Positions 8,726-18,637 are shown, numbered from the stretch's first letter. The stretch is 64,000 bases of DNA from an uncultured Acidobacteriota bacterium (GCA_963713825.1 CAVQNG010000003.1:1440001-1504000); one strand, 5' to 3'. The notes: generated by a model not told the origin, from the sequence alone. Numbers and translations: made by a program.

Positions 8726-10696
8726 ATGGCCAAGAACACGGATAAGCCGTTCGTTCCTGCTTCAACCCAGATGGCGGAGCTGACGGTCAAAGCGGTGCTG
8801 CTGGGTGTGCTGATGGCAATCGGCCTCGGAGCGGCGAACGCGTACCTGGGAATGAAGGCAGGACTCACAGTTGCAGCGACCTTCCCGGCTGCAGTGGTGG
8901 CGATGGCGGCGCTGCGTCTACTCGGAGGCACGGTCCTCGAAGAGAACGTAGCCCGAACGACCGCCTCGGTCGGAGAAGCCCTGGTGGCAGGCGCCATCTT
9001 CACCATCCCGGCGTTCGTCATCAGTGGAGCCTGGGAGAGCCTGCACTACTGGGAGGCCACCGCGATCATGATGATCGGAGGCATCCTCGGAGTTCTTTTC
9101 GTCATCGTGCTGCGTCGCACGCTGGTGGTAGAGGCCGATCTTCCGTTTCCAGAAAGCGTCGCGGCAGCGGAGATAGTCAAGGCTGGGCAGGGTGGCCAGA
9201 CAGGCGCAGCGTACGTCTTCGGCGCCATGGGTCTGGCAGCTTTGTGGGAGCTCTTCAAGAACTCCAACGGCATCCACCTGGTGCTTTCGAGCGTCCAGAA
9301 GTTCTTCGCTTTCGGCAAGTCCAACATCGAGATCTTGGGTAACAAGATCCAGTATGGCGGCGGCATGTTGCTGGAGACTCCCTCGGCCTCGCCGGCCTTG
9401 GTCGGGGTCGGTTTCATCGTCGGCATGCGGGTCTCAGCGGTGCTGTTCGCCGGCGCCGTGATGGGTTGGTGGTTTCTCGTTCCTCTGGCGATGTTCCTCA
9501 ATCCTTCATTGGCCGAGGGGGTGGACGCCGGCTCCATGCAGGCCTTGGCGACCGATATCTGGTCCAAACAGGTTCGACCTTTGGCGGTGGGAACGATGAT
9601 CGTGGCCGCGTTCTACACCTTGTGGAATTTGCGCGGCTCTTTGATCGCCGGTATCGGCAAGGCGCTGAGAGACCTCAATGTCAAGGGCGGCGGCGAAGAG
9701 ACTCTTCGTACGGAGAAGGACCTGGACTTCAAGAAGGTCTTCATGGCGATCGGTGTCATGGCCGTTGCAACGTTCTTCCTTTACTACTATTTCGCGAAGA
9801 GCGTTCCCGGCGCCCTGGTTCTGACCGTGGTGATGGTCGTTCTCGGTTTCCTGTTCGCAGCCGTGGCCGGTTACCTGGTGGCGCTGATTGGTAGCTCAAA
9901 CAACCCGATCTCAGGCCTGACGCTGAGCGCCCTGTTGATCTCGGCGGTGCTCATGGTTTTGATGGGCCTGACCGGTATCAAAGGCGTCGCCGCGGTGCTG
10001 GGTGTTGCAGGGGTGGTCTGCTGCGCGGCCGGAATCGCCGGCGACATGATGCAGGATCTGAAGGTCGGGCATATTCTCGGTGGTACACCGTGGCGCATGG
10101 AGATCGGCGAGATCATCGGTGTCATCGCGGCTGCGGCGGTCCTCGCGTTTCCCCTGATGGCTCTCGACAAGGTCTACGAGATCGGCTCGGCAGAGCTGCC
10201 AGCGCCCCAGGCAGGGCTCATGGCGCTCATGGCCAACGGCATCGTGGGTGGTGAGATGGCCTGGCCGTTGGTCATCGCCGGCATGTTCCTGGCGGTCGGT
10301 CTGATCCTGATCGGCTCACCCTCACCGATGTTGGTCGCCGTAGGCATGTACCTACCGTTCTACTCCACCGCAGCGATCTTCGTCGGTGGTCTTCTGAAGT
10401 CGGGGTTCGAGTGGTGGGCAGCACGGAAAGAAGCTACCGAAGAGGAACGAACCAGAGCAGAAAACACAGGGATCCTGCTCTCGTCCGGCTTTATCGCTGG
10501 CGAGGCGCTGATGGCTGTAGCGTTGGCCTTTCTGGTCCTTGGTGGGGACTTCTATCCGCCGCTGATCGCGATCCACGACAAGATGGCGGCCAGCCTGACG
10601 GAGATGGGATTTCCAGTGTTCTGGCTCAGCCTCATCATGTACCCGGCTCTGGCCTATCTGCTGGTGTATCTGCCGGTGAAGAAGATGCGCGAGTGA
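8726..10696 (+). CDS. OPT-family oligopeptide transporter
   Basis: ANAYLGMKAGLTV, GSSNNPISG, MQDLKVGHILGGTPW, LPAPQA; many TM segments. Confidence 0.93.
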   Translation: MAKNTDKPFVPASTQMAELTVKAVLLGVLMAIGLGAANAYLGMKAGLTVAATFPAAVVAMAALRLLGGTVLEENVARTTASVGEALVAGAIFTIPAFVISGAWESLHYWEATAIMMIGGILGVLFVIVLRRTLVVEADLPFPESVAAAEIVKAGQGGQTGAAYVFGAMGLAALWELFKNSNGIHLVLSSVQKFFAFGKSNIEILGNKIQYGGGMLLETPSASPALVGVGFIVGMRVSAVLFAGAVMGWWFLVPLAMFLNPSLAEGVDAGSMQALATDIWSKQVRPLAVGTMIVAAFYTLWNLRGSLIAGIGKALRDLNVKGGGEETLRTEKDLDFKKVFMAIGVMAVATFFLYYYFAKSVPGALVLTVVMVVLGFLFAAVAGYLVALIGSSNNPISGLTLSALLISAVLMVLMGLTGIKGVAAVLGVAGVVCCAAGIAGDMMQDLKVGHILGGTPWRMEIGEIIGVIAAAAVLAFPLMALDKVYEIGSAELPAPQAGLMALMANGIVGGEMAWPLVIAGMFLAVGLILIGSPSPMLVAVGMYLPFYSTAAIFVGGLLKSGFEWWAARKEATEEERTRAENTGILLSSGFIAGEALMAVALAFLVLGGDFYPPLIAIHDKMAASLTEMGFPVFWLSLIMYPALAYLLVYLPVKKMRE

Positions 10697-10720
10697 GGCA
10701 AGCCGGCTTCTAGCCGAGCC

Positions 10721-11128
10721 ATGAATCTGCCGACTCGCAAATCGATCCGAGAAGAGGCTCTCGCCGGCGAGAACCTCCTGGAGATGGTTCCTCAACGGGT
10801 TGCAGACTGGGAGGAAGTGGAAGACCGGGTAGTGGTCGAGCGACCTCGGCCGAGCAAGCAAGGGCTGCCGGGTGTCGGCGAGAGGCTGAGCTATTTCCTT
10901 TCCATGCGTAAGATCCGGCTCGACGAACGAGGCAGCTTCCTGTGGCATCTGATCGATGGTGAGCGCAGCGTTGCGGAGGTCGTTGAGGCCATGCGCAGTG
11001 AATTTGGTGAGGAGGTCGAACCGGCCGAGGAGCGCGTCGGTCAGCTGATCCGGCTCTTGCGTCGGGAGTATCTTCTGGCTTACGCAGGCTGGGATCCTGT
11101 CTTCCCGCCGTCGGCGACGGAAAGGTGA
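10721..11128 (+). CDS. PqqD-family (RRE-like) protein
   Basis: LDERGSFLWHLIDGERSVAEVVEAMRSEFG...VGQLIRLL fits the PqqD winged-helix pattern. Confidence 0.8.
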   Translation: MNLPTRKSIREEALAGENLLEMVPQRVADWEEVEDRVVVERPRPSKQGLPGVGERLSYFLSMRKIRLDERGSFLWHLIDGERSVAEVVEAMRSEFGEEVEPAEERVGQLIRLLRREYLLAYAGWDPVFPPSATER

Positions 11129-11214
11129 CGGAGGCGCGGGTGTTAGGATCGTTTCCTCGACGTGAAGTCTCCGAAATTCGAGCTTGAACGATCGATGATC
11201 GAAGGAGTGGAATT

Positions 11215-12354
11215 GTGAGTCCTTGGTGGCTGCGTCCACCGGCCGACGAGCCGGTGAACGATGAAAATCAGGTAGATCCGGTCAGGAAAGAGAAGGCTGG
11301 ATTTGACAGTGCTGCGGACGGGGCGGCCGTAGATTCGCCAGGCAAAGAGACGGCGCCGTCCGAGCCGGCTGTTCGGGGCAGTCAGAGGACCTCCCGTCGT
11401 CGGCCTCAGCGGGGTGGGCAGGCAGGGCGAAATCGTCGCCCGGACGGAGAAGCAGATGCGTCACCAACCCCTTCTCGGCCCAGGAGGCGTGGCAGGAGAG
11501 GCTCCCCGGCCAATAAGAATAGGGGCACCGCGCCTAATGCCGCCGCTGGTGGTGGGGCCAGGGAAGAAGCTAACGGCGCCAGCAAGTCGCCGGAGCGGCC
11601 GCCCCTCGAGGACCGCAGGCTGGCCGTTATCTGTGATCTGGAAAGCGCCACACTGGGAGCCAGAGAGAGCGGTGCAGGGCGCTTCGATATCAACCTGATC
11701 CAAGCACGATTGCTCGACAAAGGCAAAATCGTCGTCAAACGGGCCTATGCGGATTGGGATCGACACCGGGACGATAAACGGAGCTTTCACGAGGCAGGAG
11801 TGGAGCTCATCGATATCCCACAAATGCAACCCTCGGGCAAAGGCGGGGCGGGAATACGAATCGCCGTCGATGCCATGGAGCTTTGCTACTCGAAGCAGCA
11901 CCTGGACACGTTTGTCCTCATCTCAGGTGACGGCGACTTGATACCTCTGGTCTCCAAGCTCAAGGCGAACGACAAGCATGTCATTGGCGTTGGCTCTTCG
12001 GAATCGGCCGCTCCAAGCCTCATCGACAACTGCGACGAGTATCTCTTGTACGAAGATGTTCGCCGGCTAGCCGAGGTGACGCCGCAGTTGGGAAACGTCG
12101 AAGAAAGCCGGGTCGAGGTCTACACGCTTCTGGTCGAGGCCATCGAGGCGTTGATGCGGGAGAATCAACAGACTTTGTGGGGATCTGTGGTCAAGCAGAC
12201 GATCCAGCGCAAGCACCCGTCCTTCAACGAGAGCCAGCATGGGTTTTCTTCGTTTTCGAAGATGCTCGAGGAGGCAGAGGCAGCCGGGGTCATCAAGATC
12301 CGCCGAGACCAGAAATCGGGTAGCTATGTGGTGACAGGGTTTGGTCCGAGTTGA
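11215..12354 (+). CDS. NYN (LabA/DUF88) domain protein with C-terminal OST-HTH/LOTUS and Arg-rich disordered N-terminus (start uncertain)
   Basis: KRAYADW, IAVDAMEL, ISGDGDLIPLVSKLK, NCDEY; C-terminal PSFNESQHGFSSFSKMLE. Confidence 0.85.
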   Translation: MSPWWLRPPADEPVNDENQVDPVRKEKAGFDSAADGAAVDSPGKETAPSEPAVRGSQRTSRRRPQRGGQAGRNRRPDGEADASPTPSRPRRRGRRGSPANKNRGTAPNAAAGGGAREEANGASKSPERPPLEDRRLAVICDLESATLGARESGAGRFDINLIQARLLDKGKIVVKRAYADWDRHRDDKRSFHEAGVELIDIPQMQPSGKGGAGIRIAVDAMELCYSKQHLDTFVLISGDGDLIPLVSKLKANDKHVIGVGSSESAAPSLIDNCDEYLLYEDVRRLAEVTPQLGNVEESRVEVYTLLVEAIEALMRENQQTLWGSVVKQTIQRKHPSFNESQHGFSSFSKMLEEAEAAGVIKIRRDQKSGSYVVTGFGPS

Positions 12355-12462
12355 GGTGGGATCTATGGACTTTTTCCTTGACAGAAAATCGCCTTGAATC
12401 AATGATTTGAAGGCTCAAGGCAGCTATGTGATAGTTTCGCGCTGCTCCCGGAGAGACGAGTT

Positions 12463-12957
12463 ATGCCGACAGCTTACGTCGAGGTCTACGAGGAGGAATT
12501 CGAGCGACTGGAACAGGCGTTGCGACGCCTGCGATACGACTCGAATGCCAAAGCCGTATTCCTGATCGACAAGAATGGTCAACAGATTGCGGCGGTAGGA
12601 GATGTGGACGAGTTCGACACCACGTCTCTGGCATCGCTGACCGCCGGTAACGTGGCGGCAACCGACGGCCTCGCCAAGTTGATCGGCGAGCGCGAGTTCT
12701 CGGTGCTGTTTCACGAAGGCCAGCGCGATCATATTCACATCTCCATTGTCGCCCGCCGAGCTATCCTGCTAGTCATTTTCGACGAGCGCTCCTCGCTCGG
12801 CTTGGTTCGGCTGCGAGTCAAGAGGGCAAGCGCCGAGATGGATGAGATCTTCGAAGACATGAACCGGAAGGAGAGTCGGGGCCCCGGAGGGCAGGTCGAG
12901 ACGAGCCCCTTTTCCGAAATCACGGACGAGGACATCGATTCCCTGTTCGGTGACTGA
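12463..12957 (+). CDS. mglB: Roadblock/LC7 GTPase-activating protein MglB
   Basis: FLIDKNGQ, DTTSLASLTAGNVAAT, SSLGLVRLRV, acidic EITDEDIDSLF tail; directly before mglA. Confidence 0.92.
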   Translation: MPTAYVEVYEEEFERLEQALRRLRYDSNAKAVFLIDKNGQQIAAVGDVDEFDTTSLASLTAGNVAATDGLAKLIGEREFSVLFHEGQRDHIHISIVARRAILLVIFDERSSLGLVRLRVKRASAEMDEIFEDMNRKESRGPGGQVETSPFSEITDEDIDSLFGD

Positions 12958-13087
12958 GCCGAGATTGGGGCGGCGACAAAGGCTCGACCTCAAATTTCCC
13001 AACGTCGGCTTTGCGGGCTGGGACCGAGAACATCGGGAGGTTCGCTGCAAGAGTCGGCCAAGACATCTTGATGCGGATTGAAGCGAA

Positions 13088-13672
13088 ATGACCTTCATCA
13101 ACTACGCTGCGAAGGAGATCAACTGCAAGATCGTCTACTATGGCCCGGGACTCGGCGGTAAGACGACGAACCTGCAGCACATCTACAACAAGACGGCTCC
13201 GGACCGACGCGGCAAGATGATTTCACTGGCCACCGAGGCCGATCGCACGCTGTTCTTCGATTTCTTACCTCTAGATCTGGGATCGATTCGTGGCTTCACG
13301 ACGCGATTCCATCTCTACACGGTCCCTGGTCAGGTCTTCTACGACGCGAGCAGGAAGCTGATTCTCAAAGGTGTGGACGGGGTCGTCTTCGTGGCTGACA
13401 GCCAGACCGACCGGATGGAGGCCAATGTCGAGTCGATTCGGAATCTCGAGTTGAACCTGGACGAGCACGGATTCGATCTGCAAGGCATCCCCTATGCACT
13501 TCAGTTCAACAAACGGGATCTGCCCAACATCATGCCGGTCGACGAGATGTATCGGATGCTGAACTTCAAACGCGAACCCACCTTTGCCGGTATCGCTCCA
13601 CAGGGTGTGGGTGTCTTCGAGACGCTCAAGTCAGTCGCCAAGCAGATACTGGTCGAGTTGCGGAAGAAGTAA
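13088..13672 (+). CDS. mglA: Small Ras-like GTPase MglA
   Basis: [45 protein letters not shown]. Confidence 0.96.
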   Translation: MTFINYAAKEINCKIVYYGPGLGGKTTNLQHIYNKTAPDRRGKMISLATEADRTLFFDFLPLDLGSIRGFTTRFHLYTVPGQVFYDASRKLILKGVDGVVFVADSQTDRMEANVESIRNLELNLDEHGFDLQGIPYALQFNKRDLPNIMPVDEMYRMLNFKREPTFAGIAPQGVGVFETLKSVAKQILVELRKK

Positions 13673-13697
13673 GAGCGCACAACCACTAGGGAGACAG

Positions 13698-14324
13698 ATG
13701 GCGAAGCGGTGGAAGAAACAGGAGATCACCTACCTCAAGCGGTACGCCGAGAAGAAACACGTAGCCGAATTGGCAGAGCGGTTTCGGACCAACAACGACG
13801 AAGTTTCCCGCAAGCTGACCGAGCTCGGCCTCGAGGCCAAAGACAGTGCCTCGATTCGGGCACTTCCACCAGATCCGCAGATCGGGATCTTCGAGAAGGG
13901 TCTCAAAGCTCTCCATCAGAACAAGTGGCGAGAAGCCAGCAAGTACTTCGAGAAGATCCTGGAAGAGACTGGCGAGAGTGACCTCGCTCAGCGCTCTCGA
14001 CGGTATCTGGGTATCTGTCAAAAGAACCTGGCGAAGTCGGGCACGAAGAACAGAGACCCATTTCTGCAGGCGGTCTACGAAAGCAACCGTGGTAACTACG
14101 AAGAGGCTCTGGCGCTCTGCAGCCGGGGTGGTCGGCAGAGCAAGGACGAGCGCTTTGCCTACCTGGCTGCTGCCGTCTACAGCCTGATGGGAGAGCTCGA
14201 GAAGGCGTCGAAGTTCCTCACGGTGGCGATCGAGCTCAATCCAAAGAACCGCATCCATGCCTACCACGACACGGACTTCGAAACGCTCCGAGACAGCTCA
14301 GAGTACCGACATCTCTTCGACTGA
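13698..14324 (+). CDS. Protein with N-terminal Myb/SANT-like HTH and C-terminal TPRs
   Basis: WKKQEITYLKRYA...AELAERF...V..K...LGL, then TPR-like helices (AYLAAAVYSLMGE...AIELNP...A..D.DF..LR); GGGAG RBS. Confidence 0.65.
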   Translation: MAKRWKKQEITYLKRYAEKKHVAELAERFRTNNDEVSRKLTELGLEAKDSASIRALPPDPQIGIFEKGLKALHQNKWREASKYFEKILEETGESDLAQRSRRYLGICQKNLAKSGTKNRDPFLQAVYESNRGNYEEALALCSRGGRQSKDERFAYLAAAVYSLMGELEKASKFLTVAIELNPKNRIHAYHDTDFETLRDSSEYRHLFD

Positions 14325-15330
14325 TCCAACGGCCTCTCGAGCTCCGGCGAGCGCCCTGGTCACCATTGGCGGTGGCAGCGGCCTGTCGGTTCTGCTGCGT
14401 GGCCTCAAGCACTCGGTCGGTGGTCCTATCGGGGATCTCACGGCGGTGGTGACGGTCAGTGACGATGGTGGTTCGTCTGGACGCCTGCGCCGCCAGTTCG
14501 GCGTCCTTCCCCCAGGTGACATTCGTAGCTGTATTGTGGCCTTGGCCGACGACGAGGACCTGTTGGCGCGACTATTCCAATATCGCTTCGACGAGGGTGA
14601 GGGACTTTCGGGTCACTCATTCGGCAACCTCTTCCTCACCGCTTTGGCTGGTATCACCGGGGACTTCTATCAGGCGATCCTCACGGCGGAAGCCGTGCTA
14701 TCCGTGCGGGGCCGGATCCTGCCCGCGACCCTGAGCGATTTGCGCCTGGATGCCCGAGGCCTGTCCGGTCGGACCTACAAAGGTGAGTCTGCAGTAGGAG
14801 TCTCAGGAGAACCGTTGCAGGAGGTGTTGCTCGAGCCAGAGGCCCCCCCTGGGTTTGGCCCCGCAGTCGAGGCAATTCGGCAGGCTGATCTGGTGATTCT
14901 GGGCCCCGGCTCGTTGTACACCTCGGTCATCGCGAATCTCCTGATCCCTGACATCGATGCCGCGATCCGGGAGAGCCAAGGCAAGGTGGTTCTGCCGTTG
15001 AATCTCATGACCCAGCCCGGAGAGACCGACGGCATGAACGCGCTCGACCATCTGGACGCCATCGAGCGATACCTGGGCACCGGTGCCATCGATATCGTGG
15101 TGGTCAACACCGCGCCTTTGCCAGCCGACCGTCTGCCGGCCTACAGTGAGGAAGGCTCAGAGCCGGTGATCCTCGATGAGGCCGCCTTTCGGATGCGGGG
15201 AATCGACATTTTTGGCGATGACCTGCTGGCGCCGGGCCCCCTGATCCGCCACGACAAGTTCAAGCTCGCCCGCACCATCCTGTCGGTTCTGGAGAGCGAC
15301 AGGGAATCGGAAGGTGCCTCGGCCGATTGA
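14257..15330 (+). CDS. yvcK: YvcK/CofD-like (UPF0052) UDP-GlcNAc-binding protein (start uncertain)
   Basis: IGGGSGLS, VTVSDDGGSSGRLR, PPGDIR, GHSFGNL, GPGSLYTS, NLMTQPGET. Confidence 0.92.
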   Translation: MPTTTRTSKRSETAQSTDISSTDPTASRAPASALVTIGGGSGLSVLLRGLKHSVGGPIGDLTAVVTVSDDGGSSGRLRRQFGVLPPGDIRSCIVALADDEDLLARLFQYRFDEGEGLSGHSFGNLFLTALAGITGDFYQAILTAEAVLSVRGRILPATLSDLRLDARGLSGRTYKGESAVGVSGEPLQEVLLEPEAPPGFGPAVEAIRQADLVILGPGSLYTSVIANLLIPDIDAAIRESQGKVVLPLNLMTQPGETDGMNALDHLDAIERYLGTGAIDIVVVNTAPLPADRLPAYSEEGSEPVILDEAAFRMRGIDIFGDDLLAPGPLIRHDKFKLARTILSVLESDRESEGASAD

Positions 15331-15412
15331 GCGCTTGGCAGGCGCAGTGCGCGGCGAGAACTGGACCACGATGACCCGCGGACAGGATAGTCAGTATGAG
15401 AGAGGAGTGCAG

Positions 15413-16801
15413 GTGACGAAACCACAACCCCTATCGGCGGTAATTCTGGCGGCAGGCAAGGGCACTCGGTTGCGATCAGCCTTGCCCAAGGTTCTGCATC
15501 CTGTTGCGGGTAGACCGATGTTGGAATGGGTGCTGAACGCAGCACGGGCCGCAGGCTGTGAGCACATCTATGTAGTGGTGGGGCATGGCGCGGATGCGGT
15601 GCAGAGCGAGATCGAGGCCGACGATGTGACCTGGGTGTTGCAGGAGGAGCAGCTCGGAACGGGCCATGCTCTTCTGCAGGTGGAGAGCCATTTGGAAGCG
15701 CCGGCAACCCTGCTCGTGCTCTCAGGTGATGTACCGCTCGTGGCCCCGGAGACCCTGGATCGGTTGGCGGCCGCCGCGCGTGCGGGTTGGGGCGCCATGG
15801 TCGTGGCGGAGATGGAGGAGCCCGGCTCCCTGGGGCGCGTCGTGGCAACGGCAAGCGGCACTCTCGAGCGCATTGTGGAGGTTGCAGACGCCACTCCTGA
15901 AGAGTTGGAGAATCCCTGGATCAACGCCGGGATCTACGCTCTGCCAGCTCCCGAGATCTTCGATTTCCTGAAGCAGCTGAAGCCCAACAATGCCAAACAG
16001 GAGCTCTACCTGACCGACGCCCTCACCGCGGCAGCCGATCAGTCCCTCGCCCTGGTCTCGCTGGCCGAGGCGGCAGAGGCCTTCGGAGTCAACGATCGGC
16101 TGGACCTGGCTCGCGTCCACGGTGTACTACTGCGACGCAAGGCAGATGCGTTGATGAGAGAAGGCGTGACGATTCTGGACCCGGACCATGTGGTCATCGA
16201 GGCGGGTGTCGAAGTTGGTAGGGACTCGGTGATCCATCCAGGGGTCTCCCTGACGGGCAGGACCCGATTGGGAGAGGGTTGTACCGTTCACCAGGGGGCG
16301 TGGCTGCGGGATGCTTGGCTCGGTGATCGGGTCACGGTGGAGCCCTATAGCGTTCTTGAAGAAGTGGAAGTTGGTGACGCCTGTCAGATCGGGCCTTTCG
16401 CTCGCATGCGACCCGGCGCGGTCATGAAGGAGCGAGCCAAGATCGGCAACTTCGTCGAGATCAAGAACTCGGAGCTCGGCGCCGGCGTGAAGGCGAACCA
16501 CCTGGCCTACGTGGGTGATGCGACGGTGGGGGAGAACGCGAACCTGGGGGCAGGGACGATTACATGCAATTACGACGGCGTCTCGAAGCATCGCACGGAG
16601 ATTGGCAAAGGTGCGTTTATCGGCAGCGACACGATGTTTGTCGCCCCGGTCAGTGTGGGCGATGGCGCCATGACGGCGGCCGGGTCCGTGATCTCCAAGG
16701 ACGTGCCCCCCGGAGCACTGGCGATCGAGCGGTGCGAGCAGAAGACCGTGCCAGGTTTCGCCAAACGAAAGCTCGAGCGGCGAAAGGCCAGAAAGCAGTA
16801 A
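15413..16801 (+). CDS. glmU: Bifunctional UDP-GlcNAc pyrophosphorylase / GlcN-1-P acetyltransferase
   Basis: ILAAGKGTR, QLGTGHA, hexapeptide repeats, GNFVEIK, TCNYDG; GTG 15413 after AGGAG. Confidence 0.97.
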   Translation: MTKPQPLSAVILAAGKGTRLRSALPKVLHPVAGRPMLEWVLNAARAAGCEHIYVVVGHGADAVQSEIEADDVTWVLQEEQLGTGHALLQVESHLEAPATLLVLSGDVPLVAPETLDRLAAAARAGWGAMVVAEMEEPGSLGRVVATASGTLERIVEVADATPEELENPWINAGIYALPAPEIFDFLKQLKPNNAKQELYLTDALTAAADQSLALVSLAEAAEAFGVNDRLDLARVHGVLLRRKADALMREGVTILDPDHVVIEAGVEVGRDSVIHPGVSLTGRTRLGEGCTVHQGAWLRDAWLGDRVTVEPYSVLEEVEVGDACQIGPFARMRPGAVMKERAKIGNFVEIKNSELGAGVKANHLAYVGDATVGENANLGAGTITCNYDGVSKHRTEIGKGAFIGSDTMFVAPVSVGDGAMTAAGSVISKDVPPGALAIERCEQKTVPGFAKRKLERRKARKQ

Positions 16802-16813
16802 ACTTCATTTCTT

Positions 16814-18637
16814 ATGTGCGGAATCGTCGGCTATATAGGGCAGCGTGAGGTTGTTCCCGTGCTCCTTTCGGGACTCGAGAGTCTCGCCTATCGGGGCTAT
16901 GACTCGGCAGGTGTCGTCGTTGTTCGTGAGAGCGAACTGGAGGCCGTCAAGGCCGAGGGCAAGCTGGAGCGCTTGGTCGAGAAGCTGGAGGGCGAGTCCC
17001 TCGTAGGCACCTATGGCCTGGGTCATACGCGCTGGGCGACTCACGGCGAGCCCTCCGAGCGCAATGCCCATCCGGTGATGGACGCGAAGGGCCGATTGGC
17101 CCTCATCCACAACGGCATCATCGAAAATTTCCTGACTCTCAAGAAGAGCCTCATCAGTGAAGGTTGGGAGTTCACTTCCGACACCGATACGGAGGTCGTC
17201 GCCAACCTCATCAGCTTGCACCTGCAGGACGACCTGTTGGCGGCGACGAGACTGGCGCTGCAAGAGCTCGAAGGCATGTACGCGTTTGCCGCCGTCTCGA
17301 CGGTGTCGGGGCAAGCCGAGATCGTTGTCGCCCGACAAGGTCCTCCACTGGTCATCGGGCTGGGTGATGACGAGTACTTCCTGGCTTCGGACCCGGCGGC
17401 TCTGCTGGCTTACACGAAGAACGTGATCTTCCTGGAGAACGGGGACCTGTGTCGGTTGACCGCTGCCGGCCCCGAGATATGGGACGAGGCTGGCGACAGC
17501 GTCGAGCGGCAGACGGTAAGGCTTACCTGGGACCCGATCCAGTCCGAAAAGGGTGGCTTCAAGCACTTCATGCTCAAGGAGATCCACGAGCAGTCCCAGG
17601 CGATCCAGGACACGTTTGCGGGTCGCGTGGACTTCGAGAGCAACAGGGTCAGGTTCGACAACTTCTCGCTGACACCGGAGAAGGCGGCGCAGATTCAGCG
17701 GGTCCAGATTCTGGCTTGCGGGACCTCGTGGCACTCGGGTCTGGTGGGCAAGTTCATGATTGAAGAGTTGGCACGGATACCGGTCGAGGTGGACTACGGT
17801 TCCGAGTATCGATATCGGGATCCAGTGGTCGGAGAGGGTGTCCTGGCGGTGGGTATCTCCCAGTCGGGGGAGACTGCCGATACGCTGTCAGCCATGGAGG
17901 CGGCCAGCGATCGAGGTGCCGAGCTGCTGGCGATCTGCAATGTGCCTGGCAGCCAGGCGACCCGAATCAGCGGCGGCGTGATCTACACCCATGCCGGGCC
18001 AGAGATCGGAGTCGCCTCGACGAAAGCCTTCACGACTCAGCTCACCGCCCTCTATCTTCTGGCTCTCTATCTGCGGCAGCAGCGTGGATTGGCGATCGAG
18101 CCAGAAATGCTCACGGAGCTTGCGAAGCTACCTCACGCTGTGGCGGAGATCATGGATTCCGAAGCGGAGCTCGAAGAGTTGGCTCGGCATTATGCCCGCC
18201 TCGAGGACTTCCTATACCTGGGAAGAGGTATCAACTATCCGATCGCGCTCGAAGGAGCCCTGAAGCTGAAGGAGATCTCCTACAGCCATGCCGAGGGCTA
18301 CCCGGCTGGGGAAATGAAGCATGGTCCGATCGCCCTGATCGACGAAGATTTTCCGGTCGTGGCGATTGCTACCGGCAGCCGCGTGTTCGACAAGGTGTGC
18401 AGCAACATGCAGGAGGTCAAGGCACGGGACGGCGTGGTCATCGCCGTCACGGATCGCCCGGCCGAAGAGCTCGCCGAGATCGCCGACGAGGTCATTCATG
18501 TGCCCCATTCATCCGATTTGCTGCAGCCTCTGATCAATGTCATACCTTTGCAGCTGTTCGCCTATTTTGTTGCCGTTCGCCGGGGTGCCGACGTGGATCA
18601 GCCGCGGAACCTGGCCAAGAGCGTGACGGTCGAGTAG
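16814..18637 (+). CDS. glmS: Glutamine--fructose-6-phosphate transaminase
   Basis: MCGIVG, YRGYDSAG, GHTRWATHG, SQSGETAD, PRNLAKSVTVE. Confidence 0.98.
   Translation: MCGIVGYIGQREVVPVLLSGLESLAYRGYDSAGVVVVRESELEAVKAEGKLERLVEKLEGESLVGTYGLGHTRWATHGEPSERNAHPVMDAKGRLALIHNGIIENFLTLKKSLISEGWEFTSDTDTEVVANLISLHLQDDLLAATRLALQELEGMYAFAAVSTVSGQAEIVVARQGPPLVIGLGDDEYFLASDPAALLAYTKNVIFLENGDLCRLTAAGPEIWDEAGDSVERQTVRLTWDPIQSEKGGFKHFMLKEIHEQSQAIQDTFAGRVDFESNRVRFDNFSLTPEKAAQIQRVQILACGTSWHSGLVGKFMIEELARIPVEVDYGSEYRYRDPVVGEGVLAVGISQSGETADTLSAMEAASDRGAELLAICNVPGSQATRISGGVIYTHAGPEIGVASTKAFTTQLTALYLLALYLRQQRGLAIEPEMLTELAKLPHAVAEIMDSEAELEELARHYARLEDFLYLGRGINYPIALEGALKLKEISYSHAEGYPAGEMKHGPIALIDEDFPVVAIATGSRVFDKVCSNMQEVKARDGVVIAVTDRPAEELAEIADEVIHVPHSSDLLQPLINVIPLQLFAYFVAVRRGADVDQPRNLAKSVTVE

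Noticed and set aside
16802-16813. glmS ribozyme
   Set aside because: Only 12 nt separate glmU and glmS.
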